Source: Anaeramoeba ignava BMAN (taxonomy: Eukaryota; Protista; Anaeramoebae). Taken from it: 64,000 bases of DNA. How positions within the stretch are numbered: the first letter of the stretch is position 1; every line of letters starts with the position of its first letter. Under the pieces are notes generated by a model, which had not been told where the DNA came from, ran no database searches, and saw only the letters and a program-made list of their open reading frames with translations. Below are positions 1 to 10,741 of this stretch, piece by piece. Both the position numbers and the translations under genes were made by a program. The stretch lies in assembly GCA_028826165.1 (NCBI GenBank), contig JAPDFW010000063.1, forward strand, positions 806,001 through 870,000, in the 5' to 3' direction.

Positions 1-740
1 ATTTTAATTTTAATTTGAATTTTGATTTTGATTTTGATTTTGATTTTAATTTTAATTTTGATTTTGATTTTGATTTTGATTTTAATTTTAATTTTAATTT
101 TGATTTTGATTTTAATATTTAATTTTAATATTTATATTTATATTTTAATTTTATTTTTAATTTGAATTTTAATTTGAATTTTAATTTTGATTTTGATTTT
201 GATGTTGATTTTGAATTTTGATTTTGATTTTGATTTTAATTTTAATTTTGATTTTGATTTTGATTTTGATTTTGATTTTGATTTTGATTTTGATTTTAAT
301 TTTAATTTTAATTTTAATTTTAATTTTGATTTTAATTTTAATATTATAAATAATTTTAATTTTAATTTTGTTTTGATTTTAATTTTGATTTTAATTTTAA
401 TTTTAATTTTGATTTTAATTTTAATTTTAATTTTGATTTTAATTTTGATTTTGATTTTAATTTTAATTTTAATTTTAATTTTGATTTTAATTTTAATTTT
501 AATTTTAATTTTAATTTTAATTTTAATTTTAATTTTGATTTTAATTTTAATTTTAATTTTGATTTTGATTTTTGATTTTGATTTTGATTTTTATTTTAAT
601 TTTTATTTTAATTTTAAATTTAATTTTGATAAATGAATTTTGATTTTAATTTTGATTTTGATTTTGATTTTAAATTTTAATTTGAATTTTAATTTTGATT
701 TTAATTTTAATTTTGATTTTAATTTGAATTTTGGATTTGA
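1..740 (-). repeat. (AAAATC/AAAATT)n hexamer tract inside Rab intron 2
   Basis: Reads TTTGAT/TTTTAA on + strand; follows the donor at 771 on the - strand. Confidence 0.85.
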
Positions 741-771
741 ATCAAAGGAAATGAAATAAAATAGGTTTTAC

Positions 772-1196
772 CAGCAGTATCCCACTAAATAAAAGAGAAA
801 AAAGAAAATAGAGAAAATGAATAAAATTTTTTTTTGATTTTTAGTTTTGATCTTTAATTAAAAAAATGAATAAATTTTTGGGGTATTTATTAAAAAATTT
901 TAATTAGAAGAATAAGTAAAAAAAAAAACAAAAAATATTGAAATAGCAAAATAAATATGAAAGTAAGAAAAAAAAAATAATAAAAAAATAATAAAAAAGA
1001 AAAGGGTTACAATTTGAAGCTTTATTGGTTTTCCTGTAACTTCAAGTGTTTTAAAACGAAAATCAACGCCTATTGTTGTTGATAAATCATCATTAAATTC
1101 TCCATCACAATAACGAAGAAGAATTGAACTTTTTCCAACCATTGAATTACCAATAACTAATAATTTAAGAGTTTTATACACTACTTTTTTAGACAT
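772..1196 (-). CDS. Rab GTPase, Rab18-like (5' part; continues beyond window start). Exons 1196-1011 and 784-772
   Basis: MSKKVVYKTLKLLVIGNSMVGKSSILLRY...TTIGVDFRFK...KLQI, then GT..TAG intron 1010-785, then a 13-nt exon TGGGATACTGCTG (WDTAG, G3 box), then donor GTAAAA at 771. LKLLVIG/GKSSILLR/TIGVDF pattern is closest to Rab18/Rab1. Confidence 0.9.
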
Positions 1197-1374
1197 TATT
1201 GTATCTCTTTTCAATAAATGTTTTTTTTTATTTTGAAATCAAAAAAAAAAGAAGAAGGAATTGAAAAGAAAAAAATGATAAAAAAAAAATGATAAAAAAA
1301 ACTTTTTTTTTTGCTTTTAATTTTTGGAATTAAAATTGGATTTTATTTTAATTTGTTAAAAAATAAATTTTCTT

Positions 1375-2688
1375 GTATTGATAAACTTGTTATAAATTGT
1401 TTAAATTGATAAATTTGTTATAAATTGTTAAATTTGTTATAAATTGTTAAATTTGTTATAAATTGATAAATTTCTTGTAAATTGATAAATTTGTTATAAA
1501 TTGATAAATTTGTTATAAATTTGTTATAAATTGTTTAATTTATTAAATTTGTTATAAATTGATAAATTCTTATAAATTGTTAAATTTGTTATAAATTGTT
1601 AAATTTGTTATAAATTGTTAAATTTGTTATAAATTGATAAATTTCTTGTAAATTGATAAATTTCTTGTAAATTGATAAATTTGTTATAAATTGTTTAATT
1701 GATAAATTTGTTATAAATTGTTTAATTTATTAAATTTGTTATAAATTGATAAACTTCTTATAAATTGATAAATTTGTTTTAAAATTGATTAAATTGATAA
1801 ATTTGTGATAAATTGATAAATTTTCTTAAAAAATAAAATTGTTTAAATTGATAAATTTCTTATAAATTGATAAATTTGTTATAAATTGTTAAATTTGTTA
1901 TAAATTTGTTAAATTTGTTATAAATTGATAAAATTTCTTGTAAATTGATAAATTTGTTATAAATTGATTAAATTGATTAAATTGATAAATTTGTTATAAA
2001 TTTTATTTTAAATTTCTTATAAATTGTTAAATTTGTTATAAATTGATTAAATTGATTAAATTGATAAATTTCTTATAAATTGTTTAATTGATAAATTTCT
2101 TATAAATTGATTAAATTGATAAATTTGTTATAAATTGATAAATTTGTTATAAATTGATAAACTTCTTATAAATTGATTAAATTTGTTATAAATTTGTTAT
2201 AAATTGATAAATTTCTTATAAATTGATTAAATTGTTATAAATTGATAAATTTGTTTTAAAATTGATTAAATTGATAAATTTGTTATAAATTGTTAAATTT
2301 GTTAAATTTGTTATAAATTGATTAAATTGATAAATTTGTTATAAATTGATAAATTTGTTATAAATTGTTAAATTTCTTGTAAATTGATTAAATTGATAAA
2401 TTTGTTATAAATTTGATAAATTTGTTATAAATTTGATAAATTTGTTATAAATTGATAAATTTCTTGTAAATTGTTAAATTTCTTATAAATTGATAAATTT
2501 GTTATAAATTGATAAATTTCTTGTAAATTGTTAAATTTGTTTTAAAATTGATTAAATTGATTAAATTGATTAAATTGATAAATTTCTTATAAATTGATAA
2601 ATTTCTTGTAAATTGTTAAATTGATAAATTTCTTGTAAAATTGATTAAATTGTTAAATTTCTTGTAAATTGTTAAATTGATAAATTTC
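1375..2688. repeat. Degenerate ~9-19 bp minisatellite (TTGATAAATTTGTTATAAA family) between TMEM62 stop and Rab start
   Basis: Directly visible tandem variants. Confidence 0.9.
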
Positions 2689-4731
2689 TTAATTCACTAG
2701 CTTTTCATAAACTTTCTTCTTGCTATGTGATTTAATTGTGTAAATAATCAAAAACACAAGTATACCCGAATTCCACATAAAAACAACAGAAAGCAAAAGA
2801 CCAGCAGCACCATAACCAAGAACAAGAAGATAAATGAACCAACCATCAATAGCCAATATACCACAAGCAGAAAGAATAGCAGTAGGATTGCGGAGAAAAT
2901 CAGAGAAATTTCTCAAATCACGATCAACAAACGGCAAAGAAACAACAGTCAAAGCAGGGAAAATCATTCCGAGGAAATAAAGGATGAAATAGAAACCAAT
3001 CATTGGATAGAAGGTGACAGAATGATGGATTGCAACACCCCAAATAAAACCAGCACCCCAAGTGTGAACAATCATTGGACCAAGAACAAAGGGAATAAAA
3101 AGAGGGGATAAAACCGCCCACAAAAATATAAACCAAATCGAATTGGGAATTTTGCCAAACTTCCAGATCATAGAGAGAAATTGATGATAGGGGAATTTCC
3201 ACCATTTGGCTTTTCTCTCGCAAAAATTATTCATTTTGTGATCAAATTTTTCATAAGATTTTGTTTTAAGAAGAACAAGACGGAGGATTTTTGGGAGAAT
3301 AACAAAACCGAAGCCGTAGAAGAGATAGAGAATCGTCATCCACGCGATGATTGAGGTTGAGACGTTTTGGTGCTGGATGATCTCGAAGATTCCCTTTCCG
3401 ATCTTTTTTGGGTGGTAAGTAGTCGAGAATGATTGAGATTGCGAAGTGATTATGTTTCCGTTTTTATCCATGAGATGAATAGCAATATCATGCGTCTCTC
3501 CGGCGTAACGGTTTGGATCCCAAGGAGCGGTATACATGAGCGGGACATCGCTGATCTTTGTCATATTGGATGAGACTGTGTTGCCATCAATTTGGCAAGT
3601 AGCTTTGGCGATTGTTGTAGAGTCGAAGCCTATGGGAGAGAAAACAAGCGCGCGGATGTTCTGACTGTACTTGATCTTCTCAAGCGGTTCGCGCGGAGAA
3701 AGATAGCGACAGTCCTTTGGGTTGGTGATCAAAATGATGGGGTCAGTGTGGTCGATGTCGGTGTCGATGAACGAGAAAATATCCTCATCGAAGGCGCAGA
3801 TGCGGAAGGACTTGTGCTTCTTCATGTCGCCGAGACTGAGGTCGAGAACTTTGCCGTCGAGGATGCGTGCCTCTGCCTTTGTGGAGTGCAAATGGCCGTC
3901 AAGAAGAGCGATGATGCGGTATTTTGAAATAAGATCTTTAATTGAGTTTCCTTTACTTGATTTGACAGCTTGAGAAGAAAGCAGCGAAAACGGGAAATGG
4001 TGGATAAGAATAGTCTGGTTGACCTGGTGGTTCTGCTCGGCATCAACAAGAATAGCCTCTAGATCATCCAGAATGTCTTTTGTGATAAAACCGAAAAAAC
4101 CCAACGGCGCAGATACTTGCGGGTAGGTAGTAAAATCTATGGCGATAAAATTATAGGTGCCAAAAATCATATGACGCATACTATTGTAAACTTGAGGTCT
4201 TCCAATGCTATTTAAATATTGCCCCCAGGGAGAATATGTGTAGTAGTAATTGTTATCGCTATATTTTCCTATGATCGCTGATGCATCATGATTTCCTCGA
4301 ATGTCCATCCAATTTGATTGATGATAAAACCCTGATTGCTTCAGTGTGTTCGCGTATGTTTCCCATTCTTCTTCGTTGGGATGGTTCATAAAAATTCCCC
4401 GTTTGTTCGCTTTATCGTCCGTTATATCGCCACTGTGGATCACAAAAGAAGGATCAAAAGCGCGCGCGAAATCGTTGCAAAATGTACTGAAATGCTTCTC
4501 GCGCGTTGAGACATACTTGCTGATGTGTGTGTCGCTTACTTGCATGAAGTAGAACAGTCGATCCGTTCCGTTCCCAAATGTCGCTTCTTTTTTCACTTGA
4601 TATCCTAAATCAAAATCGTCGATTTTCTTCGTCTGTTTGTACGTTACTGGCGCAAATACGTTGATTAGAATTGTAATTATTATCACAAAATGAAAGAAGA
4701 AATCCCGGCAAATTTGAAAGTGTAATTTCAT
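2689..4731 (-). CDS. TMEM62: TMEM62-like metallophosphoesterase membrane protein (intronless, 680 aa)
   Basis: N-terminal TM segment; calcineurin-like motifs SDTHIS, GDITD, RGNHD, HHFP, GHLH; Ig-like region with ILITNPKD and YTAPWDP; C-terminal multi-TM region. Confidence 0.88.
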   Translation of the reverse strand: MKLHFQICRDFFFHFVIIITILINVFAPVTYKQTKKIDDFDLGYQVKKEATFGNGTDRLFYFMQVSDTHISKYVSTREKHFSTFCNDFARAFDPSFVIHSGDITDDKANKRGIFMNHPNEEEWETYANTLKQSGFYHQSNWMDIRGNHDASAIIGKYSDNNYYYTYSPWGQYLNSIGRPQVYNSMRHMIFGTYNFIAIDFTTYPQVSAPLGFFGFITKDILDDLEAILVDAEQNHQVNQTILIHHFPFSLLSSQAVKSSKGNSIKDLISKYRIIALLDGHLHSTKAEARILDGKVLDLSLGDMKKHKSFRICAFDEDIFSFIDTDIDHTDPIILITNPKDCRYLSPREPLEKIKYSQNIRALVFSPIGFDSTTIAKATCQIDGNTVSSNMTKISDVPLMYTAPWDPNRYAGETHDIAIHLMDKNGNIITSQSQSFSTTYHPKKIGKGIFEIIQHQNVSTSIIAWMTILYLFYGFGFVILPKILRLVLLKTKSYEKFDHKMNNFCERKAKWWKFPYHQFLSMIWKFGKIPNSIWFIFLWAVLSPLFIPFVLGPMIVHTWGAGFIWGVAIHHSVTFYPMIGFYFILYFLGMIFPALTVVSLPFVDRDLRNFSDFLRNPTAILSACGILAIDGWFIYLLVLGYGAAGLLLSVVFMWNSGILVFLIIYTIKSHSKKKVYEKLVN

Positions 4732-4799
4732 TTATTTATCAAACCAAACTAAGAAAACAAGGAAAAAAATGAAATTTTCAAAACAAAAATAAAAAATCT

Positions 4800-7462
4800 A
4801 TTTATTTTTTTAATTAGAAAGTATTATTTTAATAATAAATTTATTAATAAAATATATTTTTAAACCAGTTCTAAATTAAATATTAAATCAAAACTATTAA
4901 GAAATTTAAAATAAATTAAATCAAAATATTTAATAATAAAATATTATTATTTTTTAATTATAAAATATTAATTTAATAATAAATTTATTAATAAAATATA
5001 TTTTTAAATCAGTTCTAAATTAAATATTAAATTAAAACTATTAAAATAAATTAAAATAAATTAAATCAAAATATTTAATAATAAAATATTATTATTTTTA
5101 ATTAAAAAGTATTAATTTAATAATAAATTTATTAATAAATTATATTTTTAAATCAATTCTAAATTAAATATTAAATCAAAACTATTAAAATAAATTAAAA
5201 TAAATTAAATAAAAATATTTAATAATAAAATATTATTATTTTTAATTATAAAGTATTATTTTAATAATAAATTTATTAATAAATTATATTTTTAAATCAA
5301 TTCTAAATTAAATATTAAATTAAAACTATTAAAAATTAAAATAAATTAAATCAAAATATTTAATAACAAAACATTATTATTTTTAATTATAAAATATTAA
5401 TTTAATAATAAATTTATTAATAAAATATATTTTTAAATCAATTCTAAATTAAATATTAAATCAAAACTATTAAAAATTTAAAATAAGTTAAATCAAAATA
5501 TTTAATAATAAAATATTATTATTTTTAATTATAAAGTATTAATTTAATAATAAATTTATTAATAAAATATATTTTCAAATCAATTCTAAATTAAATACTA
5601 AATCAAAACTATTAAAATAATTAAAATAAATTAAATAAAAATATTTAATAACAAAATAATATTATTTTTTAATTAAAAGTATTAATTTAATAATAAATTT
5701 ATTAATAAATTATATTTTTAAATCAATTCTAAATTAAATATTAAATTAAAACTATTAAAATAATTAAAATAAATTAAATAAAAATATTTAATAATAAAAT
5801 ATTATTATTTTTAATTAAAAGTATTATTTTAATAATAAATTTATTAATAAATTATATTTTTAAATCAATTTCAAATTAAATATTAAATTAAAACTATTAA
5901 AAATTAAAATAAATTAATTCAAAATATTTAATAATAAAATATTATTATTTTTTAATTAAAAGTATTATTTTAATAATAAATTTATTAATAAAATATATTT
6001 TTAAATCAATTCTAAATTAAATATTAAATTAAAACTATTAAAATAAATTAAAATAAATTAAATCAAAATATTTAATAATAAAATATTATTATTTTTATTT
6101 AGAAAATATTATTTTAATAATAAATTTATTAATAAAATATATTTTTAAATCAAATTTTAAATTAAATACTAAATTAAAACTATTAAAAATTTAAAATAAG
6201 TTAAATCAAAATATTTAATAATAAAATATAAATATTTTTAATTATAAAATATTAATTTAATAATAAATTTATTAATAAATTATATTTTTAAATCAATTCT
6301 AAATTAAATATTAAATCAAAACTATTAAGAAATTTAAAATAAATTAAATCAAAAATATTTAAAAATAAAATATTATTATTTTTTTAATTAAAAAGCATTA
6401 TTTTAATAATAAATTTATTAATAAAATATATTTTTAAATCAATTCTAAATTAAGTATTAAATTAAAACTATTAAAATAAATTAAAATAAATTAAATCAAA
6501 ATATTTAATAATAAAAATTATTATTTTTATTTAAAAATATTATTTTAATAATAAATTTATTAATAAATTATATTTTTAAATCAATTCTAAATTAAATATT
6601 AAATTAAAACTATTAAAATAAATTAAAATAAATTAAATCAAAATATTTAATAATAAAATAATATTATTTTTAATTATAAAATATTAATTTAATAATAAAT
6701 TTATTAATAAATTATATTTTTAAATCAATTCTAAATTAAATATTAAATTAAAACTATTAAAATAAATTAAAATAAATTAAATCAAAAATATTTAATAATA
6801 AAATATTATTATTTTTAATTATAAAATATTAATTTAATAATAAATTTATTAATAAATTATATTTTTAAATCAATTCTAAATTAAATATTAAATCAAAACT
6901 ATTAAAATAAATTAAAATAAATTAAATCAAAATATTTAATAATAAAAATATTATTATTTTTAATTATAAAGTATTATTTTAATAATAAATTTATTAATAA
7001 ATTATATTTTTAAATCAATTCTAAATTAAATATTAAATTAAAACTATTAAAATAAATTAAAATAAATTAAATAAAAATATTTAATAATAAAATATTATTA
7101 TTTTTTAATTAGAAAGTATTAATTTAATAATAAATTTATTAATAAATTATATTTTTAAATCAATTCTAAATTAAATATTAAATTAAAACTATTAAAATAA
7201 ATTAAAATAAATTAAATCAAAATATTTAATAATAAAATATTATTATTTTTTAATTAGAAAATATTAATTTAATAATAAATTTATTAATAAAATATATTTT
7301 TAAATCAATTCTAAATTAAATACTAAATCAAAACTATTAAAATAATTTAAAATAAATTAAATCAAAATATTTAATAATAAAATAATATTATTTTTTAATT
7401 AGAAAATATTAATTTAATAATAAATTTATTAATAAATTATATTTTTAAATCAATTCTAAATT
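4800..7462 (+). repeat. ~144-bp AT-rich tandem satellite, about 18 copies (left array)
   Basis: Marker AAAACTATT recurs at 4894, 5038, 5182, 5326 ... 7189, 7334 (spacing 141-146 bp). Confidence 0.95.
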
Positions 7463-7690
7463 GAAGATTTGAATAATATTAAATAAAAAAAAAGGAAAAA
7501 AAAGGAAAAAAAAAAGGTGAATTCGAAAATCAATTAAATTCAATTCAAAAAAAGAAAAAGAAAACAAAAAGAAATTAAATTAAAATTAAATTTAAAATTT
7601 TGATCAAAAAAATAAAACAAAAATAATCAACAATAATTAAAAACAATTATTTTTATTTTATATTCATTTATTTATTTATTTATTTATTGA

Positions 7691-7727
<37 letters not shown>

Positions 7728-7888
7728 AAAAAAAAGGAAAAAAGGAAAAAAGGAAAAAAAGGAATTACACTTGGAATTGAAAATAAAAGAAAAAAAAAAA
7801 GAAAAAAAATTTATTTTTCATTTCAATTTTTGATTTTTAAATTTATTTTATTTTTTTTAAAAAAAAAAAAAGATTTATTTTATCAAAA

Positions 7889-10216
7889 ATGACTGGAATT
7901 GTTAAAACAAATCAACAAACAGAGAAATTAGAATTAACTCAAGAAGCAGAAAATTTTTTCAATTCAATTAATAAAGAAAAACCAATTCATATTCTTTCAA
8001 TAATTGGTGTAACAAGAGAAGGAAAATCAACATTATTAAATTGTATTTCTTCACTTTATGAAAAAAAGAATTCAGAAACAAAATTTGAAATTTTTGGAGG
8101 AGCAGATGCTTGTACTTCAGGAATTTGGGTAAAACAAATTGAATTAAATGATAAAATAATTTTATTAATTGATTCAGAAGGAACAAATAAAGGAAATGAT
8201 GTTATTACTCAAAAAATAATTACTTTAGTTTCTCTTTTATCTTCAGTTTTAATAATTAATTTTTCAAAAACTATCAAAAATGATACTTTCAAATCTTTAA
8301 GTGGAATTCAATCAATAGCAAAAATTATCAAAAATCCTAAACGAGGAAATGTTCCTGAAAGTCCTTTTCCTAATTTAATTTTTTTATTAAGAGATTCATT
8401 ACCAGATGGATTAACTATCGATAAAACACCATGTAATGCAGAAGAATATTTAAATTATCAACTTGATCCTGTTAATCATATATCAGATGGTTTGTCTCCA
8501 ATAGCAGTAACGATTAATTCATTTTACAAAAAGAAACAATTATTTGCATTTAAAAAACCATCTGATAATCAAATTCAACAATTCAAAAATGGAAATTTTG
8601 AATGTAATTCTGATTCTGAATTTGATCAAAAAACAAATGAATTATTTCAATTTTTAGAAAATGGATTTTTAGAACCTAAATTGATTAATAGAAATCAATG
8701 TCAAGGATCAGATTTATTTCTTTATCTTAAGTTTTTAATTGAAGGAATTAATGAAGAAAAAGTTGATATTCCAATGATTTCAGATTATATTGAACAAAGT
8801 AAAGCAAAACAAATTTTAAAACCATTTCTTGAAAGAATTCAACAAATTGTTAAAGAATTAATTGAAAATTTGGAAAAAATTGAAGATAATGAAGAATTAA
8901 AAAGAATTAATTATGAAAAAGAATTTGAATCAAAAATAAAACCAATCAAACAAGAATATGAAAAAGAAATTCAATTTCTTAATCAAAAAGCAAAACAAAT
9001 TGGAATAAATGAACTTGAAAATTCAATTAAACAATCTTCAAATTATATTAAAGAAAAAATGGAATTCTTAATAAAGCAAGCAGAAGAAGTTGAATCAAGA
9101 CAAATGAATTTATATTCACAAAAGTTTAATACTTTTTTACAAAATATCCATTTACAAGAAAATTCACTTCAAAATGAAATTTCAAATTGTCAAAATCTAA
9201 ATCAAATTTCACAAATTTCACAAAAAATTCAAAATTTTGAAAAAGGAATAAATGAACAAATTCAAGAAATTAAAAATTCAACTTCACAATATATTAAAAA
9301 AGTTCAAGAAGAAATTAAAAAACAAACACAAAATTTCCTTAATCAAAATATTGGAAAATTAGAAAAAACAAGAATACAAAAAGAACAACAAATTCGAGCA
9401 AGAATTCAACAAGAAATTCAACAAGCTAATCAAAATATTCAATATTTAATAAATAATTTACAACAACAAGCTAATTCATATAAACAACAAATCACTAATT
9501 GTAAAGATGAATCAACATGGAGAAACTTAATTTCATCCTTTCGAAGTTCATTAGATTCAATTAGAAATTCAAATTCAAATCAATTTTCACAATTTACTCA
9601 ATCAATGTGTCAAGAAGCTAAAAATCTTATTTACAATTTAAATCAAAGCCAAAATTCAATTATTTCAACTTTACAAAATTGGGCTGGATCATTAAAACCT
9701 CCAGAACCACCAAAACCACAAGAACCTCCAAAGCCAGATCTAGAGAAAGGTGCAAAAATTGTTCGAAACACTCGTTGGACAGGGAATGCCCAATGGGCTA
9801 GGTTTTCGAATAATGGAAAAACAGTGAAAGATCTTGCAACAAAAAAAGATGATCCACTTTATCCAGTTCTTGGTTCAGAAATAATTTCAGGAAATGTTTA
9901 TTGTCATTATCGAGTTAGAATTGAGGAAGATAAACATTTTTATATTGGAGTTTGTCGACCTGGAGAAACAGTATGGACAAATTGTTGGGTTTATCGAGTA
10001 GATTGGAAAGATTTACATCCAGGTCAATTAGGAACTATGTATATGAATACAGAAAACAAAAAAGGAGATATTATGGAAGTTTACATTAACATGCAAGATA
10101 AAACTTTGAGTTTTGGAAAGAATGGAAGTAATAATGGAATTGCTTTCACAAATTTACCTTCACAAGTTTGTTTATGTGCTGTCATTACAACAAACAGACA
10201 GCTCACACTCCTTTAA
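7889..10216 (+). CDS. GBP/atlastin-family large GTPase + coiled coil + Pro-rich linker + C-terminal SPRY/B30.2-like domain (copy 1, intronless, 775 aa)
   Basis: G1 GVTREGKS, G2 CTSGIW, G3 DSEG, G4 LLRD (GBP/atlastin signature); Q/E/K helical stalk; SPRY-like FSNNGKTV...FYIGVC...KKGDIMEVYINMQDKTLSFGKNG...IAFTNLP. Confidence 0.88.
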   Translation: MTGIVKTNQQTEKLELTQEAENFFNSINKEKPIHILSIIGVTREGKSTLLNCISSLYEKKNSETKFEIFGGADACTSGIWVKQIELNDKIILLIDSEGTNKGNDVITQKIITLVSLLSSVLIINFSKTIKNDTFKSLSGIQSIAKIIKNPKRGNVPESPFPNLIFLLRDSLPDGLTIDKTPCNAEEYLNYQLDPVNHISDGLSPIAVTINSFYKKKQLFAFKKPSDNQIQQFKNGNFECNSDSEFDQKTNELFQFLENGFLEPKLINRNQCQGSDLFLYLKFLIEGINEEKVDIPMISDYIEQSKAKQILKPFLERIQQIVKELIENLEKIEDNEELKRINYEKEFESKIKPIKQEYEKEIQFLNQKAKQIGINELENSIKQSSNYIKEKMEFLIKQAEEVESRQMNLYSQKFNTFLQNIHLQENSLQNEISNCQNLNQISQISQKIQNFEKGINEQIQEIKNSTSQYIKKVQEEIKKQTQNFLNQNIGKLEKTRIQKEQQIRARIQQEIQQANQNIQYLINNLQQQANSYKQQITNCKDESTWRNLISSFRSSLDSIRNSNSNQFSQFTQSMCQEAKNLIYNLNQSQNSIISTLQNWAGSLKPPEPPKPQEPPKPDLEKGAKIVRNTRWTGNAQWARFSNNGKTVKDLATKKDDPLYPVLGSEIISGNVYCHYRVRIEEDKHFYIGVCRPGETVWTNCWVYRVDWKDLHPGQLGTMYMNTENKKGDIMEVYINMQDKTLSFGKNGSNNGIAFTNLPSQVCLCAVITTNRQLTLL

Positions 10217-10741
10217 AAATTTTTTTCTTTTTCTAATCCTTTTTTTCCAATTCTTCTTTCAAAAAATTTTTTTTTTCATCAAACAAAATTTTACAATCTT
10301 CATTTCAATAAAACCAAAAAATCAAAATGTTGTTATTTTTCATTTTATTTGAATAATATTAAAAAAAAAAGGAAAAAAAAAAGGTGAATTCGAAAATCAA
10401 TTAAATTCAATTCAAAAAAACAAAAAGAAAACAAAATTAAATTAAATTAAATTAAATTTAAAATTTTGATCAAAAAAATAAAACAAAAATAATCAACAAT
10501 AATTAAAAACAATTTTTATTTTTATTTTATATTTATTTATTTATTTATTTATTGATCATTATTATTATTATTATTATTAAAAAAAGGAAAAAAGGAAAAA
10601 AAGGAAAAAAAAGGAATTACACTTGGAATTGAAAATAAAAGAAAAAAAAAAAGAAAAAAAATTTATTTTTCATTTCAATTTTTGATTTTTAAATTTATTT
10701 TATTTTTTTTAAAAAAAAAAAAAAGATTTATTTTATCAAAA

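Noticed and set aside
1001-1010. Rab intron donor GTAACCCTTT as a U12 site
   Set aside because: It does not match RTATCCTT and no U12 branch motif is seen near its TAG acceptor.
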